Shown: positions 25,053 through 40,179 of the stretch, one piece after another
How the letters are laid out: every line of letters starts with the position of its first letter
How positions within the stretch are numbered: position 1 is the stretch's first letter
NCBI GenBank assembly: GCA_002633005.1
Contig: NMRA01000490.1
Span: 168,170-232,169 of the forward strand
DNA length: 64,000 nucleotides
Origin: Phoronis australis
Taxonomy: Eukaryota > Animalia > Phoronida
Reading direction: 5' to 3'
The notes under the pieces: generated by a model
Told to the model about the DNA's origin: nothing
What the model saw: only the letters and a program-made list of their open reading frames with translations
Databases searched by the model: none
Made by a program: the position numbers and the translations under genes

Positions 25053-28000
25053 CTAAACTGCAGATGGCGCCGTGTTTGCAATTGTTGATGACTTGAATAA
25101 GGCCAAAGGAAGCGTCAGCTTTTGGAAAAAGTATTCCTTGTAGATGGGGATTTCAAAATCAAAAGTTTTTTTAAACAAAATTACCCAAAAATTGTTTTTG
25201 CCTTTCTCAAGTTTTGAGTCATAACTGTTTAACTGGAAAAACGGTCAGCCCGTCTACCGGCCCTTTAAGAGATCTCCTTGAAAAATCTTTATTTTAAAAA
25301 TGTGTTCCCTGATGCAAATATACAAGCATCATTTTTCATGCATACATTTCTAATTCATTTCCATAACAATCAACTTATTCATGCATGCAATACACTTCCA
25401 TGATTATCAAAGTTCACTGGGTTGGTATGTGATGTTTATGTGAACAGCTTTCCCCCACCAGCTTAGCATTTATACAAGTATAACTCAGAAAGGTTAGTAA
25501 GCAAAACTTTGATGCTAATATGTATCAAAATTAAAGGCAAATATTTAATTTCTGTATCCGATTTGCAAATTGAGGTTCTTTATTGACCATGGCCAGAGAA
25601 AACTCTCACCCTTACTGTAATAGACAATCAATATTTTAATGTTTAATTCTATTGTTCTTTACCACTAGTTCAGTGTTAGTGTGACATGAAATATTTAACT
25701 CATTTCGAGGCGTAACAAATACACCACAGTTATCAAATATAAAAGTTAATTTGCATTATGTGCCGTATTCCCAATCGATAATACAAACCCTATTGTCAGC
25801 TTACCGACCTAGCAAATCAATATAAGGCCAGTTATAGTAGAGAGCTCAGTCACGGAGACCAAACATCAATAACTGTTGAAAATCAAAGCTGACAAGACAG
25901 TAAACTTGACTGTTAAAAATTGGATGAAATTTTGTGTAAACACTAGATAAACATTGTGGAGACAGGGACTCATTGGTAAAGGATGTACTCCGTCCATGTG
26001 AAACAGGTGAGAGAACTCATTTGTGTTTACCTGTTGGCTCTGGCAGTTTAAGCTAATTTCTCAACTTTTGTAAGGACCATTTAAATATTGTCAATAGCAC
26101 AATTAACGTAGCATTAAACAATGCAGTGGAGTAGTTTGGTTGACACGAAACAATGTACCAAGAAGAGTTGTATCTCAGAATTTATTAATTGTTATTTATG
26201 AAGTCACGCAACTATGTAAGATTTTCATTTTCGCCAAATTGGTAAACTCCTATTCTGCGATTAGATATGAAAATAATTTCAACTGTTCTATAGCGTTATC
26301 CAATAATAAAAACAACCAATTTTGTATCGTTTTATTGCCAGCGAGATAAGGTATGCTTTGTACATATTTCTCTCCCGCACTATCCTGAACTCTGACAAAC
26401 CCAGCTTTAGAATAGCTCCAATCTCTTTTTATGTGTAAACACACAGTTTCATGCAAGGCTGATCTGAAATAACCCAAATGGAATTTGTTGCTTCTTTTAC
26501 CACCTATAGTTCTTACTCATCTTCAGGTTTTAATTTTGGTAAATTGCACCTTCTAACACCAGCACCATTGCAGCTTCACTATGTTTCACAACTGCTTAAT
26601 GATCACTGCGTACTGACCTAGCCCAGTTATCAAACATCATTACGTCAGAAAGACAATGAACTGCAAAATATTAACAGCCAAAATTCCCGTGATTTGTATG
26701 CTTGCTACAAACCTGTATATCTGCTGAAATTAGATGTAAGTGATTTTGTACTGCAGCAGCAGTTATGCTGTTTGACTACTGATTGAACCTAGTTCACATA
26801 ATGTGAAGAGTTCACAGTTACATGAAATCATTGAGAAAATAAAGCTTCCAGCATAACTGTATCAGCAAAGTCAATTTCATGATGCATGGCGTATTCTTGC
26901 TCTACTAGCACCGTCACGTCCTACCAGTGAAGTGCAGAAAATTGACAATTAGTGGACATCATCTCTAACACTTTGTTTTCATTGTCTTAATTTAATATGC
27001 ATCCACTCACATGCTATACCCCTTGAGTGCTCCAATACCCTTCCACAAGTCTGATCTTCATGCTCTTGTAATAACCACTACAAATCTAAATCAAGGTAGA
27101 ATTTTCTGGCGGAACATGAATGTTTTTAACAATGAACTTTCAATCTTTCAGAGCATGAATGTTGTTTGTGGACATTATGAGTATACCCCGAAAACAATGG
27201 ACAAAATCGTGGTGATTGACCGCAAACATTATTGATTATTGACCAGATATCTGAGTGAGAAATGGAATACCAAGAGATGACATGTCGTGACCGGCAGACA
27301 GTATTTTGTCTTATTGTTTTTGGTAGGGCTGTACTTTCTGCAGTTGTTGTCTAGAAGGAAACCTGCATGTGAAGACTAATAGTGTCTTAACTTTCAAGCA
27401 TGTTACATGTGCATTCTATATTGGAACCTACTTCCTTACCTGCTGCTTGTCAAGGCCAGTCACTGATGAGTTCTTGAGCTTATAGTTTCAGCAAATAGTT
27501 TGTTACTTATACCAATTTGTTAATTTCATCCAAACTCTTATTCCACAGATTCAACAATGTGATAAGAATTCTTGATTTTTACAGATACTTTTTCACTTCT
27601 TCTAACAAAGAAAAAAATAACAAAATTATAAGACTTGAATTGAAATATTTCATTGTCAAAATGGCTGAATTTTCCTTTTCAAATACCTCCTTCAAGTTGT
27701 CGGTAGCACAAAATGGAAAACAACAAAAATCCTTTCTTGACATAGTTGTCTTAAGTTGGAGAAAGCATTGTGTCATTTTAAAATCATGCAACCATCAGGG
27801 AACAAACTTGATGAAGGTTTGTTAGTATGGCCTATTTTCAGAATCCCAGCCAACTGTTTCAACTTTATGTTCATATACATGTTGTTTCTGTGTCACCTAT
27901 GGCATCTCTTGGCTTCTTCACTAAGTTGTCTACTCATGCTTCACTGAAATTCAGAAATGGACAAAACACGCTTGAAACATTTCCATCCATCTACCCCTTC

Positions 28001-28698
28001 AGTGCTTGGCTGTCTTAAAGTACAAATTCCATGAACAATGCTAATAAAATAAGCATTTTTCTGGCTCACTAATTCTTAGCACCGTGACCCATACTGGCTT
28101 CTGTTCATTTTGAGCATTTTTCTTGTCAGTACTTTTGTTAGACAAATTACACTTTTCACTAGTTGGTAGAGTTCATTTTTAAAAACCGGACATTTCTTCC
28201 ATTGCTAGCTAATGATAAGATAATTAACACTGCCACGTCGTCATTGTTGCATGGAAAGAATTGAGAGTGATGCAGAGACGGGTAAATTCACCCATTACAA
28301 ACGGGTTGAATGTTGTGGTTAAGTTCATGTGATCATTAATTATGAAAGTATAAGCCAATTCAGATATATTAAAATAGTTACTTCTCAAAACAAGGTATTT
28401 CATAGCTTAACAGTCGAAGTGTTAATAATTGAATAACAATCATTTTTAACATCTGGAGAAGGGTAAACAAAAATTCATTGGAAAATTTTTCCACCTTCCC
28501 TGCTGCAATGATGGCTGAAGTGTAGGTCACCAAACTAAAAAGTCCCTGGTAATTTCTGTGTATTTTGCTAGATTTTAAAAATAGAAATTATTCATTGCAT
28601 GTTATTCCTTAAGGTTAAGAATATCCTAATGGATTGATGTGAAGTCACACAGTTAAAGCACAAGCATTGCCTTGTCCGTTAAAGGTTAAATAACTACA

Positions 28699-29233
28699 CA
28701 TTATGGCGTTTTCCCGTTGCAATCAACTTGTTCGATTCTATAGCCCAACAACAAGTTGGGAAGAACGCCTCTGTAGCCAAAATCTTACACGACTGATTAA
28801 TTCCATTCTGGCATTTATGGTTGGAGGGTCAGCTCTCTTTTGTTCGACAATTGCTCTAATCTCCAATAAGATCGTATCTACCATGACTGGGCTGTGCCGT
28901 TAAAATAAAAGTTAAGTTATAACATACTTGAACATAAACCAATAGCCTTTCTGAAATCCTCGTCAAATGGTGATCATGTTTAGTTTTTGAATTGCCAAAA
29001 TCGCCCAACTACAACCGAAGTTACGACAATCTATTCTTTCTGAATGTACCAATTCGCTCTGGGTTTGACTGTGTTCACATGTGGTCTGTAATAAGCCTGG
29101 TAGATAATTGGCCTGTCTGTTGTCATACCAGACAAAAGACTGTGCTTGGCAGTTAACAAAGAAGCTAAATGTTATCACACCCTCACAACCCTCTACGTCT
29201 GGTAAAGTCACTGAACGGAAAAACGCCTTCATG
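28699..29233 (-). mobile_element. Family B dispersed repeat, copy 2
   Basis: Inverted copy of 14080-14585. Ends cattatggcgttttcccgtt ... aacggaaaaacgccttcatg form an imperfect 20-bp TIR. No TSD is visible. Confidence 0.8.
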
Positions 29234-32200
29234 AGAATTACTTCATTACAAGCCAAATGTATTGTGACAAAATTACACAGATTTCCCCCATCACTGCCGG
29301 TGTAGTCTTCTGTAATGCCTAAGAATGAAAGGTAGTTGGTAAGGAAGTTAGTAAGGTGGTTAAGCCATTCTGCAATTAGAATTTAGGCCTCATGTTAGTC
29401 ATTACCAGCAATCTTTGCTTTTCAGACTTCACTGTAATGATGGAAACAGTATTTTGTCTAATTATTTTTGTCTTGTATTGTGTATTGTGTACTATTATGC
29501 ATCATTATGTTGTACTGGTTTAAAATCACCTTTCTTTTGTTATCAGCAGTCGCAAGAAGAGGTAGGACCCACATAATACCAGAATTATCACATATTTCAA
29601 CTTCAGTCTTCTTACAATAGTCTTATTCACTTTCTGATCTCTAGACGTGTCCTCAACAAATTTCTGTTCTTTCACATCATACCGATTCCATTAGATATTC
29701 ATAAAAATTGTAGCAATGCGGTTCGTGAGTGAAAAATCCAGGGCCCAGGGTCTAATCTTTGTACTCGAAATCGAACTCAAAATATTTATTACGTTGGGGT
29801 TCTACGAACTTAAAATAAGGGTCTACTTGCATAATCTAAAGATTACAGTTTACCCGTGAGGGTCTAGTTCATTCTTGATGAGGGCATCATTCGTGACATA
29901 ACCAGATTTATCATTTCCTGCATCAGACTGTTTCAGCCAGGAAGCTTCACCCCTCCCCAGAGGGATGCATTGAATTAACCAAGCGTTATTAACAGGGTTG
30001 TAATTGGCAGTTCATTTGAACAGCTTGGCTTCTCACTGCATTGTCAAATTCAATTGACTTCAGGTGCTTCTCTGGATAGGCAAAGTAATGATCATGCCGA
30101 TTATCATTTATAAATTAGTGCTTGGTAAAGGGTATGGTATTGTAGTGAGTGGCAAGGATAAACTTTGTAAACCAGCATTCCTGAAATGTTTGAACTAAAA
30201 GCTCTGTAAAAACTTGAGACTTAGTTCAGCCTCGAACCTAAAGTTTCAATGTCAGTGTCATCAAATACAAACTATTAGGCATAGAGTATACTGAACATAT
30301 AATANATGAAGACACTTACCTGAACTTTGATGGAAAGTACCTGAAATAATTCTGAGTTTGATTTTGAGCACCTGGGCCCAAATGACTTTCAACACACTGT
30401 TTTTATCTATCTACCACATTTTACTTTTCTATATTCAGCAATTATAAAATTATAATTTGAATCGCAACACAGATGTTTGGTCTCTGCGATAGCATGTATC
30501 TGGTTTACTCTTCACATAACACATGAAATTCTGTTTTGTCTAATTTCGACACAAAAGTAAAGTTTAAGAAAAATCTAGTCTATTATTTAAGCTTGGTTAG
30601 CCTTATGTAGATGCCATAAAACAATTGATACAGTTTCCATAAATTGTAGCAAAGTAATCAGCCTTTGAAAAATGGAAACTGACAATTTTGGCAAATAATT
30701 TTGTGCGCATTACCAAAGAATTACCCTAGGTATCTTTATAACTTGTCACAATTCAATGATTTCCTAACACTAATCCTCCTAGGTCATCTTCGAAATTTTC
30801 ACATCAATTATTAAGCACTTACCACGAAATATCATGGGTATGCAGTGTGTAATTGATCTGTAAGTCAATATTTCGTAATTAAGTTGAGCCATCCAAATGT
30901 CTTTAATGAAGGCTATCATTACCAGGTAATGTAATTTTCCTTTTCGTTGTATTTTTTTGTGGATATCACACAGTTCATACAATTAATTCACTTCAAAGAA
31001 ATCCCTGATATCAGTTTTTGTTAATACAGCTTAAATTCTTCAATATAACTGTTGCTCCACAGGGTTGTTTATTTTGTCACGTACCCTTCAAAGCTGGTAT
31101 TTGTCAAACTGGTTACTTTTCAAGAGATGTTGTTCAAAGAATACTGAACCCTGTTTTGGTGACTTCAACCAATCCAATGCACCATTGGTGTCCCACTTGA
31201 ATGATAAAAGCAGAACTCCTCTAAAAACCCATACTCATTGCCACAGAATGGGTACTATGATTTTTGGTGGATGGTCTTTCCTTACAGTTGTCATGTAGTT
31301 CGATTTTAAGCGTTGGTCAAGCTCGTTAAGCAGCTCCAAACAATGAGGGTTCAAGAGGGTTACAGAACATTATTTTGTTTTAGAGAGGGACGGAAAATCG
31401 TTCCTGTCTGTTAGTTAGGCAAAAGCGGTGGACATCCTTTTAAATGATTATTAGATTATATTTCTGAAGTTAGGTTACACTGGTTGTTGAATCCCAGTGG
31501 CGGTACTAACTGGATCAATACATGGAGTGAGGTAATGAATTATGATGCCACAATGTATTGTTTTTAGTGAATGTAATGCACCAGGCAACCTGACATCTGA
31601 ATCATAGTATAAATTCTCCTGAATATGATGTAATGACCGTGAATAGTAAGGAAAACTGTAGTGCTTGTTTTTGAGAGGAGCCAGAAGGTTCTTACTATTG
31701 GAGGGTCAAAAGTGACACATTGGGGTGTTTACCATTTGGCCTTGACATCATCTTCCTGTTTGACTATAATTTCAATATCTTCATCACCATCACCCCAACT
31801 GATAAAAATAATTCAAAGTATCTAGGTTGTTGAAGGTTGCATTTTATGAGAATTTAGTACCATTGGCAATATAAAGATGTTTTATGTAAAGACCTTTGCT
31901 GCTAAGTCCTGATTACTAAATGCAACATGAAAATAAGTTCTTGATATGTATATGTATACAAATTATTGTCTGAGCTTTACTTTCCTTGTGGAAACGATGA
32001 GTCGACATGACTTCAGCAAATTATCTTTGAAAAGAATTACAAAGGGTCTTCATGAAATTTGTCAATACACACAGCACCCTGAAGAGAGAGCTCCAGCAGA
32101 ATGCATCAAAAGCACAGGTATATTTTATATTGAGATGTTCACTTATCCGTAATTTACTAACAAACATAACGCTAAAAAGGAAGAGTTTTTTAAAGCGGAT

Positions 32201-33930
32201 CTTGGTACGGAACTATGTCCATTATTTTCATAGCTATTTTCACCCTCGCTTTGTGTTGACAGTATTTTAATTGTCAAGACAGCATTATTTAATTATCAAG
32301 CCATTCACACACTCCATAAATACATTACTAACTCCATAGTTCTTAGTACTATTTGATTAGAGCAAGAATGCATTTTACAAATTATTGATTTGCTCTATTG
32401 TAGACAATACAAACCTTATTCTTAAAATACAGATTTTGTAACAAAGTCCAGATGAAAACGTTATTGATTTCTTCGGTGTGACTGGGTGACATTCCTCGTT
32501 TTCTGGGTTATTTTGCAAAATGACATAGAAATATTGAGAGCCTACATTTACAAGCAAGCTATTAATACAACTCTGGTGCTTTTTTAATTTCTAAGATGTG
32601 GTTTCTGTGGTATGAAGATTTTATGCATTCTGTCAAAAAGTCTCGTGTTGATTTGTAGAAGCATTAAAAAGCTGTAATCATTATTTGATAGCTGTGTTAA
32701 TTGAGTATTTGAACTCTGTAAATAATTTGAAGTACTATTTTTTAATATTCTTTTCATGTGTACCTAAATCACGCCATCATGTTTTTACCTGGCTTTTATT
32801 CGTGTGGCTGTTAGATTGGAGGTAGTAATGTATGTCATTTTACCCATTATATTTGCATTTTCATTTGAAATCATTGAATTCATTTGAATGACTGGTATGT
32901 GGTGTTTGATTATAGGAATGAGATCTGTGTGAATGGTTGGTTATGCAATGACCAGTGCTAAAGAATATGTTTGTTGTTGGACCTGCTTGTGCAAATTGTG
33001 TTACTGACCTGTCTGTACAAAGAGCAAAGCCTGGTGGTTAATGTGAATGGATGTGTGATCGAAAAGAGAATGGACTTTGGCAAAAAATGTGTTTGTGTAG
33101 ACTTGAGTGGTAACTATGTGGGAGTTGAACGACTGCTTACATATATCTACAATGACCAACAGACACAAATAACTCACCAAGGCAACTAAAATTTACATCA
33201 TTCACAACACAAACAATGGACAGTCCTTACAGGCAACAGGTAAAAATCAGACAAGTTCCAGACAAAATGACAGTAAAGGTTTACTAAAAATGAAACATTT
33301 CCCACATTCTTCACCCCTAAGACAGGAAAATATTTTACCACAAAAAGTGAAAAATGGTACACATGTCAAGCCTCTCGTTTCCACTTCTTTGCACGGCTAC
33401 CAAAGCAACCGCCTATGGTGACAATGCAAAAAGCAAACAAATCTGCAGTGAATTCAGGACATACAAAATGGCTGGAACTACGTTCTTCAGCACGTCTGTC
33501 TTGTAGTTAATTTGCTTTAAAATGAAACAGCAACTACCCTGGAGCACAGATACATTCAAGGTACACTGTAATGCTCCTGGTAATGATGGGTCATACCATT
33601 TTAGCTGCATCAAGAACAGGTAAGTGCAGGAGATGGTTAAGATTATGTAGGACCAGTTATCAACAAGCCTCTGTATTTAGTCAAATGTAGATCTACTAAC
33701 TCAGTAAAATGGCCTATAGAACTTTATTTTTGACTTTGAACCAATCTGCCATCAAATGGGTCATGTGGCCATGTCTGTTCAGTAAAACAAAAAAGAAAAA
33801 TACATTGGCAGCGAAATGATGGTATCAGTAACACAACAATAATGCTCAAGATAAAATCTCCGAAACGCCCTTAGTTTTGTAAACAATTTTGTTTTTGTTT
33901 TATACAACTCAAGTTTTTGCTTGACAATCA

Positions 33931-34050
33931 TAAAAGTCCAGTTTATTATTAAGCTCTGATAAAAAATCCAGTTTATTATTAAGCTCTGATAAAAAATCCA
34001 GTTTATTATTAAGCTCTGATAAAAAATCCAGTTTATTATTAAGCTCTGAT
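33931..34050. repeat. 30-bp minisatellite, 4 copies
   Basis: aaaaaatccagtttattattaagctctgat occurs three times identically plus one variant copy; there are no spacers. Confidence 0.95.
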
Positions 34051-37000
34051 ACCACAGAAGTAGAACACTTCAAAAATAATTCCTAAAGCATTTTGTAGAA
34101 AAGTGCATAAAGCATAGTATTGTTTTGGTAGCAGCCTGTCATTAACACAAACGTGATTGAAAACACTACTTCACCTTCTGTTGGACAGCTTGAGTGGTGC
34201 ACTCACTCATACCCTACTCTCTGTACAATTTCTGGTATTCCGGTGTGCAGTTGTAAAGCATAGTTCATGAAGGTTTCATATCAATATTATAAGGTATTTC
34301 TGAGACGACGTTGCAAAATTAGCCAAATTGAGCACTTTTCCAGGGTCCTACATAACCTTGTGTTTGTGTCGTCTTCCTCATTTGTGATGATTTCACAGTG
34401 TACATACCTACACAAATAACTTTGAATGCAGCTTCATTTCAGTGCAGTGCAATCATATGGTAAGTAACCATATTATTCTATTACCAAGTCAGTAGATGTG
34501 AATTTCATGGAAAGCTGTGTGCAGCAGCAGCAACAGCTGTAGTATTTTAACTGTGTGTAAAGAGGCATTGATGCGTTGTAAATTACATTGTATGCATTAT
34601 GTGTAATTATAAAGATAACTAAATGTATTTCAAACAGCAATGTGTTAAATATTACTCATTGAAGACAGCTTGCATTCCACATAACCGAGTTATTCTATTG
34701 AAAATAAAGCTCATGTTTAGAAAAACAAAACTGTTGAAGATGAATTCCAAAAATTGACTGTCATCCATTTTATTGTAGGACAGGTGTGCAGAGAATTTTA
34801 AAGGCAACAGTGAATGGTAAGTAAATAGTTGTTTCCACTTAGTAACATTTTTTGTTGCTGGACCCATTTGTGGTGAATAAGGTGGTTAAAATTGGTTTTC
34901 TGAATGTTATTCATCGAAAGAATAACGATTTTTGATCTGGAAACAAAAACATCCAAAACTGCAAGCCAGCTTGCATTCTCTAGCAATAACAGAGCTTCAG
35001 ATCTCTCCCGGGGGCACTGATTAAAGATTTCCAGGCTCATCAAAACAGAGTGAAATGACTAGCACCTTTGGGGATTTTTTCACTAAGGTTAAAGGTCATG
35101 CTTTGTTTTGCTGTAGATAAAAAAATGTTCTGCTTTAGTTTTAGCCATTTTAATCACCAAACTCAAGCCTAGCAACTTTACTATGCAGTAATAACCAACA
35201 GTGGCCCAAAGCCAGCTCTAACAAGGCTCACGTAACACTAAAGCTTAGCCAGGCTCACTGTGCCCAAGGGTATAGCAACAGTATGCAATGATTTAGGATA
35301 TCAATGAGAGAAATGTGTTTCTGTTAGAGTAAATACGCATGTCAATTACCAACAAACAGCTTAACATGTCCTTAGTTTGGGAGGTCACAACACAAATTTT
35401 AAAAATCTATGGTATAAATCCGACCTGTGGAATTGACAGTAGGTTGTACTTTTTGTACACAGAACTATTAACAATGGCCAGAAGCACTCTGGTTCACGCA
35501 CTGGGAGTCCTATGGTGAAAATTCCAATGAGACTGGAGAAAAATGTGCTTCATTTGCATTATTTACAACATTACGGTTGCTTAGTTACACTTTCAAAATG
35601 AGGCATTGGAAACCCAGTGGAAAAAATGTATCTGTGGCTCTCATAATTTCTCAAACATCACATTACCTGGGGATGCACTTTTAACACCTGAATGTTTTAC
35701 CATGCAACAAGCAAAAATCAAAATTTTGTTAGTTTAGGCAATAGTTATGAGCAGATTAGGAACAATGGAAACCCAAGCTGTCTAATGTTGTTGCAATCGA
35801 TGGTTGTTTTGATGGTATTTACAGTGACATTCGTACATTCAGTTTATAGAGTAATTCAAGTAAATATCGCATATAAACTGTCTGATATCATAAACATTCA
35901 GGTTAACGCCCACACTCGTGTAATCGCCAAACGTTACTTTTTGAAATTTTGAAATTTTTCAGACTAAGCGTCCACCCAGTGTGCTCAGCCATTACCTCTC
36001 GCCTTCTCATTTTGAGAATTTTCAATTAAGATCCCACTGCTAGGGCTAGTGCCCACCTGTAATTTCCTCAATTTTGGGGCCCAATATCAACCCAATTCCA
36101 ATTATTGAAAAATCATGAAGATTCCCCTCATAAGGCCCAAATTCCTCTCAAGATTGAAAAATTCCCTTCAGGTTTGAATTACTTCTAACTCACACAGGTG
36201 ACAATTTGAAAAAGCGCAAAATGTTAGTTTTGGCTACATGAGGCAGAGCCTATGATGGTTTGCAACAGGGTTGGAGGTACTATTGATGGTGATCCGAAGG
36301 TAGATTTTTCGCCTCATTCCAAAAATTCCCTTCTCAGAAGGCACAGGCACCTTTTCCTTTGGTAGAACGAGGGCCCTGGAAGCAAGCATTCAAGTGCAGA
36401 AACTTGGGACGAGTTCTGTAGACACATGGTTAAAGTGTGTAAAGTTGTGATAGTCTTGCGTGATCTTTCGTTTTCAAAGTGCACTTTTGCGTATACAGAA
36501 CAAACACCAGATAAATTTCAAGTCAAAGAGTAGTTGTAGCTAGGAGTTACTCATGTCTCCAAGAACACTGTATTCATTTAGTCTCCTCAATGCATAAAAA
36601 ACAGAAGCATTGTTGATCATGCTTACAAAGATTGTGGTCAAAATGACAGGTACTTCCAGTTCATTTTGTCTGAAAAGTTTTGGCGTGTACCATATGACAA
36701 ATCAGTACTAGAATTTTAAACATGTACATTTCCCTACTTAAAGTTGAATACTTTGAGCTACTGTAATCGAACACATTGCTTAGCCGAGTGGTGATGCAAT
36801 TACCGCCACAGCAACTAGTCTTAAGACAATTGCTTTGTACTTGGGTCATAGGTGACCAGTGTGACTGTCTGGCTGAAGTTAAGAGCCCATGTTGGGAAAC
36901 GTCCACCCCAAATAGCATTTCTTGAAATTTCCAATTTGAGCCTCGTATCCGGCCAAGTGAAGCTTGGCTTTCGATTACTGGGATCTGCAATTTAAGTGAA

Positions 37001-38314
37001 AAGACTGCATAGCAAAAAGTAAATGTGAAATATTCAGGCGAAGTTTTGTCAGAACTTTAGTGGCACACTACATACCCACTTATAAGTTTGTTTGCCATTT
37101 TTTCCGTCACATGTATCACCTGAAAAAACAGGAGTTACCATTTGATTGGATCAGTTTAGAAAAGGCAGTAGATATTGTATCTTGCAAGCCAAGAAATGTA
37201 AGTTGACCACAGAAGCCTGTTTTCTAAATTGTAAAAACAGTTTCAAGTTGGTTCAATTTACTTACTACTGACATTAGCAAACTGAACATTGTGTGTACAG
37301 CACTGTCTAAACAGCGTGCTGTGTACATAAAATATTTAATAGTATGCACACAGTTTATGGTTTCATGATATCAAGTATCACAATTCAATCTGTTTACAGG
37401 AGTGGGAATTGCATTTTTTGCTAGTCAGGAAATTGTCAAAAGTCACTATGTGAGTGTTTATAGCATTAAAAAGTATAACAACCAAGAAAATGAGAGAGAA
37501 AGATTTCGTCACGCTACTACCCCACTGAAGACGAATTATATTCTCTTTTTCACAAAATATGCAAGGATTTGGCTATAAAGTTTCTTTTATTCATTTTCAA
37601 AAAGGGTAATTTTTAAATCAGTTACTAATTATTTTTCAAAAAACAAGAACCAACAAATCCATAAAAAATTTGAAAAAACATCAATAGCAGCGCCTTTTGT
37701 GAACTTTTTTCAAGCTGGATTTCCTGGTTTCGACCAATCTTCAAACTTTGAACAGGATTTTTTGGCGATTCAAATTTTGCTTCTGTCGAAGGCAGTCTCT
37801 GTTCTTGAACATAGAGCCAATAGTCAGTTTACTGTTTTTGTACTTTGCAACCAGACATATTTCATAAAAAGTTATCTTAAACTTAAATAAAAACTATGCT
37901 ATGAAGCTTATTTTTGTACTTGAAATTTCAAACTGGACAATTGCATAAAAGTGATCAATGAATATCTGAAAATTCACTCTGCGATAGCGTTTATTTACCA
38001 TGGTGGATTAGTGAACTGAGATACATGCTTGATGACATCGCTTGCTGGATTGGATAAACTTTCACTGACAATCTCTTGGGCAAATTGTTTGGTTTCACTA
38101 AACAATTAAAGAATACCAGAGGATAAGCCCTATTTTAGAACTAATACAGTATCCTACACCATACTGGGCTTTTTTCATAAAATGCAAGTACTTTTTCATA
38201 CTTTTTCATACTTGAACCAAAACCATTATAACTACCTATAGTCTCGTTTAGACATTAACTTTTGACATGGGGGAACTGACATGCTGCAAGATGATCAAGG
38301 TTAAGCGTCTGTTT

Positions 38315-38317
38315 ACA

Positions 38318-38349
<32 letters not shown>

Positions 38350-38353
38350 CACA
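38315..38353. repeat. Compound (CACG)n(CA)n microsatellite
   Basis: acacgcacgcacgcacgcacgcacacacacacacacaca. Confidence 0.95.
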
Positions 38354-40179
38354 ACTCAATAAATATCGACAGGGCAAAGGATGTAGGTAAGAAGGTGGAG
38401 TGTACATGTGCAAATTTGCAAATTGCGGGAGTCATAGTTCTTTATAATTGCTTTTGTTGTTGTTATGGTGTTCGTAATTCCCCCGAGTACATAATTCGTG
38501 ATATTGAGATTTACTTCAATGAATATTTTGATCAGCAGATTAACCCATTCACCAGCACTGTCCATAGCCAAAATCAGTCTTGTTAACTGTGTGTAATATT
38601 CTGACAATTTTCTGAATCATTTGAAACATTATTAATTAATATTTTAATTAGTTCTTCTGAAATAACACAACTTGTACATTTTATAATTGCCAAATGTCAG
38701 TCGTAGTGAAATTAAAGTCGTGATTCACAGTAGAATAAATTTTGTTCTGCTCATAGCGAAAGTGAACTATTCTGTTACTAGATGTTGCGAGATCATGTTA
38801 CTTTTGTTTAAAAGATATTTTTAATGAGTTTTCCTATTACATGCCTGTTAAGAGACAAGCAATAACAGTTCTGAAAGGAAATCTTTGAAGCTGTTCACGA
38901 AGCACACACATCACTACAGTGTTCAGCCCACATGAACCTTATCAATATTATGTCAATAGATGTCGTGTTTGTCTAGAAAACAGTATATTGCCATATACTT
39001 TTACAGCTTTATGTCTTACATTATTCCATTCACCATGTAGTGCAGCTGCCCCAGCTTGCAAAAACTCATACCAGAAATAATGTGTTCTACGACAGTCTGT
39101 GTGTGGACGCTATCTAACAATTTAGGATGTTAACAACATAAATAATGAATGAGATTAGCTTAGGTAAAAATTTTTCAACTTGAGTAAAAAATAATTAGGC
39201 ATCTTTCTTTTTACAGGGGCTTACTTAGCATCGCTACAAATTGTTTGGTGACAGTAATACCATGCAGTCCTAGTTAAATCAAAGCAAAATGTCCTGAAAA
39301 GTTTATCCACTTTCGCTTTAAGATGGTATGTAAAACTGAGGCTCTGATTAAGGAGCCACGCGCAGGTATCGATGATTCATGTTGATTTACATACCTGATA
39401 ACTGTATTGTTTATAAGTAACAATCCATGTTTCGTAGGGACAATTCAATTAGGTGTTATCAAATGCATTTGCTTTACAAGTAAAATCTATACATTTCAGT
39501 TGTAATGCTATAGGAAAACCTGATTAGAACTACATGTCTGTCGTAGGGACTGTCTGGATTATTGAGAGCTCAGTATCAGACTGAAAGAATAGCGATTTAG
39601 TCTGTGCATGCGAGCCAGGCAAAAGTTTCTGTTAACAATTTAACAATGTAAGAACTTGGGTGGCTTGAGGGATTTTCGTCATTTTCTGCCAAATGTCTAA
39701 AAAATAAAATAACGAAATCAGCATAACTAATTGTATCCTAAGATTGGAACATACTTAGTAAAAACTACGGAGAGGTGTAAAATGTTCGTTAATTCATTTA
39801 GTCATTGAACTCACCTGAAGAACAAAATCAACACGGAGCATTGAAATGCGCCCACGAGTGCACCGCCAACTGCTTCTACGAATGTTTATTCGTATCATAA
39901 AAGTAGCCATCAGGTGGCGCAAAATATGTTGTAACCATTCGAAAGTTATTTACCAAATTTCATAAAACTCCATCAATGAACTTTACAGAAACAGCGGAAA
40001 ATGGAAAAAAATGAAATTGCCACAAGGGGGGACAATATTAGTTGGAATTCTGCAAGTCATTTTCAACAGTTGTCAACTTCATGTATTAATACACTTACTA
40101 AACTTATACAAAATTGGTTGAATACACAACACTTGTTATTATTAACAATCTTCATTCCATTCCGTTCGTATTGTCAAAA

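Noticed and set aside
30320-30340. 21-nt minus-strand micro-exon (tttcag | ... cag|gtaagt)
   Set aside because: Weak polypyrimidine tract and no partner exons; such motifs are expected by chance in 64 kb.
33931-34050. 30-bp repeats as a CRISPR array
   Set aside because: The units are head-to-tail with no unique spacers, there are no cas genes, and the context is eukaryotic.
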